DNA of 64,000 nucleotides from a bacterium (GTDB lineage Bacteria; UBA10199; 2-02-FULL-50-16; JAJFLM01): NCBI GenBank assembly GCA_965216315.1, contig CBDCFN010000016.1, positions 768,001 to 832,000 of the forward strand, read 5' to 3'. Shown piece by piece: positions 60,906 to 64,000 of this stretch (position 1 is its first letter; each line of letters starts with the position of its first letter). The notes under the pieces were generated by a model. It saw only the letters and a program-made list of their open reading frames with translations, ran no database searches and was not told where the DNA came from. The position numbers and the translations under genes were made by a program.

Positions 60906-62255
60906 CTAATACCTATAATGAGGCGGCTTAAACGGCCCGTCTTGGTCGAGACCCAGGTATTTCGACTGTTTGTCGCTCAGCCGGGTCAGTTTGACGCCTA
61001 GTTGGTCTAAATGGAGGCGTGCGACCTTTTCATCCAGTTCCTTGGAGAGGAAATAGACCCCAATCTCCTTATAGTGCTCCGGATGCTGGAAGAGGTCGAT
61101 TTGGGCAATAACCTGGTTGGTAAAGGAATTGGACATGACAAAAGAGGGGTGCCCGGTGGCACAGCCGAGGTTGACGAGTCGACCCTCAGCCAGCACGATG
61201 ATCTTGCGGCCATTCTTGAGCGTGTGCTGGTCGACCTGAGGCTTGACCGCTTCCTTGGCCGAGTTGGCGTTCAGCCAGGCCATGTCGATTTCGATGTCAA
61301 AATGACCGATATTGCAGACGATGGCGCCATCCTTCATTTGCTCAAAGTGACGGTCCACGATGATGTCGCAACAGCCCGTCGTCGTGACAAAAATATCGCC
61401 CATCGCGGCGGCATCATCCATCGTGACGACCTCATAGCCTTCCATCGCGGCTTGCAGGGCACAGATCGGGTCTATCTCGGTAATAAGAACGCGGGCCCCG
61501 TAAGAGCGCATCGAGTGGGCGCAACCTTTGCCGACATCACCATAGCCGGCGACGACAACGACCTTGCCGGCGATCATGACATCCGTGGCGCGTTTGATGC
61601 CGTCCGCCAGTGATTCACGGCAGCCATAGAGATTATCGAATTTGGATTTGGTGACCGAATCATTGACGTTGATGGCGGGGACCTTGAGCTTGCCTTCGCG
61701 GTGGAGCCGTTCCAAGTTGTGAACGCCGGTCGTCGTCTCTTCGGAAAGCCCGATAATTTTTTTCATCTCGTTGGCAAAGCGGTCTTCGTGCATCATATTG
61801 GTGAGATCACCACCATCATCCAGGATAAGATTGAAGCCGTCAGCTCCCCAGCCGGTAATCGTTTGCTCAATGCACCAATTGAATTCCTCTTCCGTTTCGT
61901 CTTTCCAGGCAAAGACCGGAATGCCGGCAGCGGCGATGGCAACGGCGGCATGATCCTGCGTGGAAAAAATATTGCAGGAAGACCAACGTATTTCCGCACC
62001 GAGGTGAATGAGGGTTTCAATCAATACGGCGGTTTGTATCGTCATGTGCAGGCAGCCGGCGATGCGAGCGCCCTTGAGTGGTTGGCTAGCGCCAAACTCC
62101 TTGCGCAGCGCCATGAGTCCCGGCATTTCACCTTCGGCAATTTCGATTTCCTTGCGTCCCCAGCGCGCGAGTTCCTCGAACACCTTGGGGTCCTCCATGG
62201 CGGCTTTGCATACGCGGTAGTCTTTTTCGGTGCTCATGTCTTTGGCTGTTTGCAT
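60906..62255 (-). CDS. ahcY: Adenosylhomocysteinase
   Basis: [33 protein letters not shown]. Confidence 0.98.
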   Translation of the reverse strand: MQTAKDMSTEKDYRVCKAAMEDPKVFEELARWGRKEIEIAEGEMPGLMALRKEFGASQPLKGARIAGCLHMTIQTAVLIETLIHLGAEIRWSSCNIFSTQDHAAVAIAAAGIPVFAWKDETEEEFNWCIEQTITGWGADGFNLILDDGGDLTNMMHEDRFANEMKKIIGLSEETTTGVHNLERLHREGKLKVPAINVNDSVTKSKFDNLYGCRESLADGIKRATDVMIAGKVVVVAGYGDVGKGCAHSMRSYGARVLITEIDPICALQAAMEGYEVVTMDDAAAMGDIFVTTTGCCDIIVDRHFEQMKDGAIVCNIGHFDIEIDMAWLNANSAKEAVKPQVDQHTLKNGRKIIVLAEGRLVNLGCATGHPSFVMSNSFTNQVIAQIDLFQHPEHYKEIGVYFLSKELDEKVARLHLDQLGVKLTRLSDKQSKYLGLDQDGPFKPPHYRY

Positions 62256-62268
62256 GGTGATTCGACTC

Positions 62269-63435
62269 CTATCCTGCAATTGATTTTAAACGATCGACTT
62301 GGTCAGTAACTTCCCAGGTGAACTCGGGTTCCGAGCGACCGAAATGACCATACGCGGCTGTCTTGCGGTAGATCGGTCGGAGCAGATCGAGATTTTTGAT
62401 AATATGGGCCGGGGAAAGATTCCATATCTCACGAACGATCGGCAGTAATTCTTCATCCTGTTTGATGCCTGTGCCAAATGTATCGATCAGGATGGATACC
62501 GGTTCCGGATAACCAATGGCATAGGCGACTTGAACCTCACAGCGCTTCGCCAGGCCGGCGGCCACGATATTCTTGGCGACGTGACGCGCGGCATATGAGG
62601 CTGAGCGGTCCACCTTGGAGGGATCTTTTCCGGAGAAGGCGCCGCCACCATGACTGCCGTGCCCCCCGTAAGTATCCACGATGATCTTGCGGCCGGTCAG
62701 ACCGCAGTCACCTTGGGGGCCGCCGACGACGAAGCGTCCCGTTGGATTGATGAGTATGCGGGTGTCGACATCCATCATGCCGGCGGGCAGGGTCTTCTTA
62801 ATTACGGTTTCACGAATGGCTTCCTCGAGCTCGGCGTGCTCGACTTCGGGTGCATGTTGGCTTGAGATGACAACGGTATCGATGCGAATCGGCTGATTAT
62901 CTTCGTATTGAATCGTGACTTGTGATTTGCCATCAGGACGTAAAAATCCCAACTCGCCACTCTTGCGAACCTCGGCTAATTTATGGGTTAGTTGATGAGC
63001 GAACACGATGGGCATGGGCATTAACTCAGGAGTCTCATCACAGGCATAACCAAACATCAGCCCTTGATCCCCCGCCCCTTGAGATTGATAAAGACCTTCT
63101 CCAACCGAGACACCTTGGGAAATGTCCGGCGATTGCTTATCGACGGCGCGAATGACGGCACAGGTTTCGGAACAGAATCCCATGGAAGCATCTGTATAGC
63201 CGATTTCGCGGATGACATTTCTGGCGATGTCTTCATAGGCGATATTGGCTTCTGAAGTGATTTCACCGGCGATTAAACAAAGGCCTGTCGTGACGAGGGT
63301 TTCGCAAGCGACGCGGCTTTTGGGGTCCTGGGCCAGACAGGCGTCGAGGACGCCGTCAGAGATCTGGTCGGCAACCTTGTCAGGGTGACCCTCGGTGACA
63401 GACTCGGAAGTAAAAAGGTAGTGTTGTTTTGACAT
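62269..63435 (-). CDS. metK: Methionine adenosyltransferase
   Basis: [26 protein letters not shown]. Confidence 0.98.
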   Translation of the reverse strand: MSKQHYLFTSESVTEGHPDKVADQISDGVLDACLAQDPKSRVACETLVTTGLCLIAGEITSEANIAYEDIARNVIREIGYTDASMGFCSETCAVIRAVDKQSPDISQGVSVGEGLYQSQGAGDQGLMFGYACDETPELMPMPIVFAHQLTHKLAEVRKSGELGFLRPDGKSQVTIQYEDNQPIRIDTVVISSQHAPEVEHAELEEAIRETVIKKTLPAGMMDVDTRILINPTGRFVVGGPQGDCGLTGRKIIVDTYGGHGSHGGGAFSGKDPSKVDRSASYAARHVAKNIVAAGLAKRCEVQVAYAIGYPEPVSILIDTFGTGIKQDEELLPIVREIWNLSPAHIIKNLDLLRPIYRKTAAYGHFGRSEPEFTWEVTDQVDRLKSIAG

Positions 63436-63563
63436 AAGAATGAGACTCCTCTTGGAAACATATATTAAGCTTAGGTGCAGCTGATTAGCTTTGCAAGGTG
63501 GTCTAAGTCAAGGCGAAAGCTTAAGAATTTTACTTCAGAATGTTCTATAACTTCCTAATATCG

Positions 63564-64000
63564 CTAATGAATTTTTTTGATCGCCTGGCGGACTTCATCG
63601 GCTGTCTTGGCATGGAGGCATTCCTCGAGGGCCTGGTTGCTATCCTTGAAGCGAGATTGTCGGAGGCGACGGTTGACCAGGGGGATGGAATGAGGATTCA
63701 TCGAGAGCTCGGTGACGCCTAGGCCGAGCAGAATGGGAAAATACTCGGGGTCGCCGGCAATTTCCCCGCAAATGCAGACCTCGATATTGCGACTGCGACC
63801 TGCATCGACGATTTGTTTGAGGAGTCGAATAATAGCGGGATGGTAAGGATCATAGAGGGGCGAGACCTGCTCATTGGTGCGGTCAACCGCCAGGCAGTAT
63901 TGAGTCAGGTCATTCGTACCAATGCTCAAAAAATCCACTTCGGCGGCGATCGCATCTGCCATGACGGCGGCGGCCGGTGTCTCGATCATGGCGCCGACTT
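63564..64000 (-). CDS. ptsI: PEP-protein phosphotransferase (PTS enzyme I), C-terminal part
   Basis: MIETP, SIGTNDLTQY, CGE; truncated by the window edge. Confidence 0.92.
   Translation of the reverse strand, partial: VGAMIETPAAAVMADAIAAEVDFLSIGTNDLTQYCLAVDRTNEQVSPLYDPYHPAIIRLLKQIVDAGRSRNIEVCICGEIAGDPEYFPILLGLGVTELSMNPHSIPLVNRRLRQSRFKDSNQALEECLHAKTADEVRQAIKKIH

Noticed and set aside
63436..63560. Possible SAM riboswitch upstream of metK
   Set aside because: No recognisable SAM-I/II core seen in this short AT-rich region

Overview
Bacterial chromosomal window with a deltaproteobacteria-like gene order (Desulfobacterota/Myxococcota-like; the taxonomy is inference only). Most of it is housekeeping: exbB/exbD, rarA, tRNA-Ala, rlmN, mtnP, recO, lon, folD-gcvT-gcvH-gcvPA-gcvPB, rpsB-tsf-pyrH-frr-uppS-cdsA-dxr-rseP, tsaB, an attenuator-led ilvB-ilvN-psd-pssA-leuA-leuB-asd-truA operon, ahcY, metK and ptsI. 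Four accessory features stand out. (1) A tandem array of four orphan genes (6134-12465), three clearly paralogous with a GNAT-like core. Each is preceded by the same exactly spaced motif CAAC-N15-(C/T)CGA(T/A)(A/G/T)A, whose downstream box is sigma28-like, only 8-10 nt before the ATG. Each also starts with an uncharged S/T/L/A/G-rich leader. A fifth orphan (16280) has the same motif and leader type. (2) A stand-alone SctU/FlhB export-switch gene and a sigma54-preceded acidic Ca-binding protein with a flagellin-like N-terminus. With (1), these suggest a dispersed type III secretion effector regulon (hypothesis). (3) An MNIO (DUF692) RiPP cluster with an EG[S/N]CG-repeat precursor, a DUF2063 partner and a YceI-like gene. 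(4) Small-scale DNA features: a 53-bp duplication of the tRNA 3' end, and a GTAG-type REP-like element in frame inside truA. All family assignments come from reading motifs by eye; no database searches were run.
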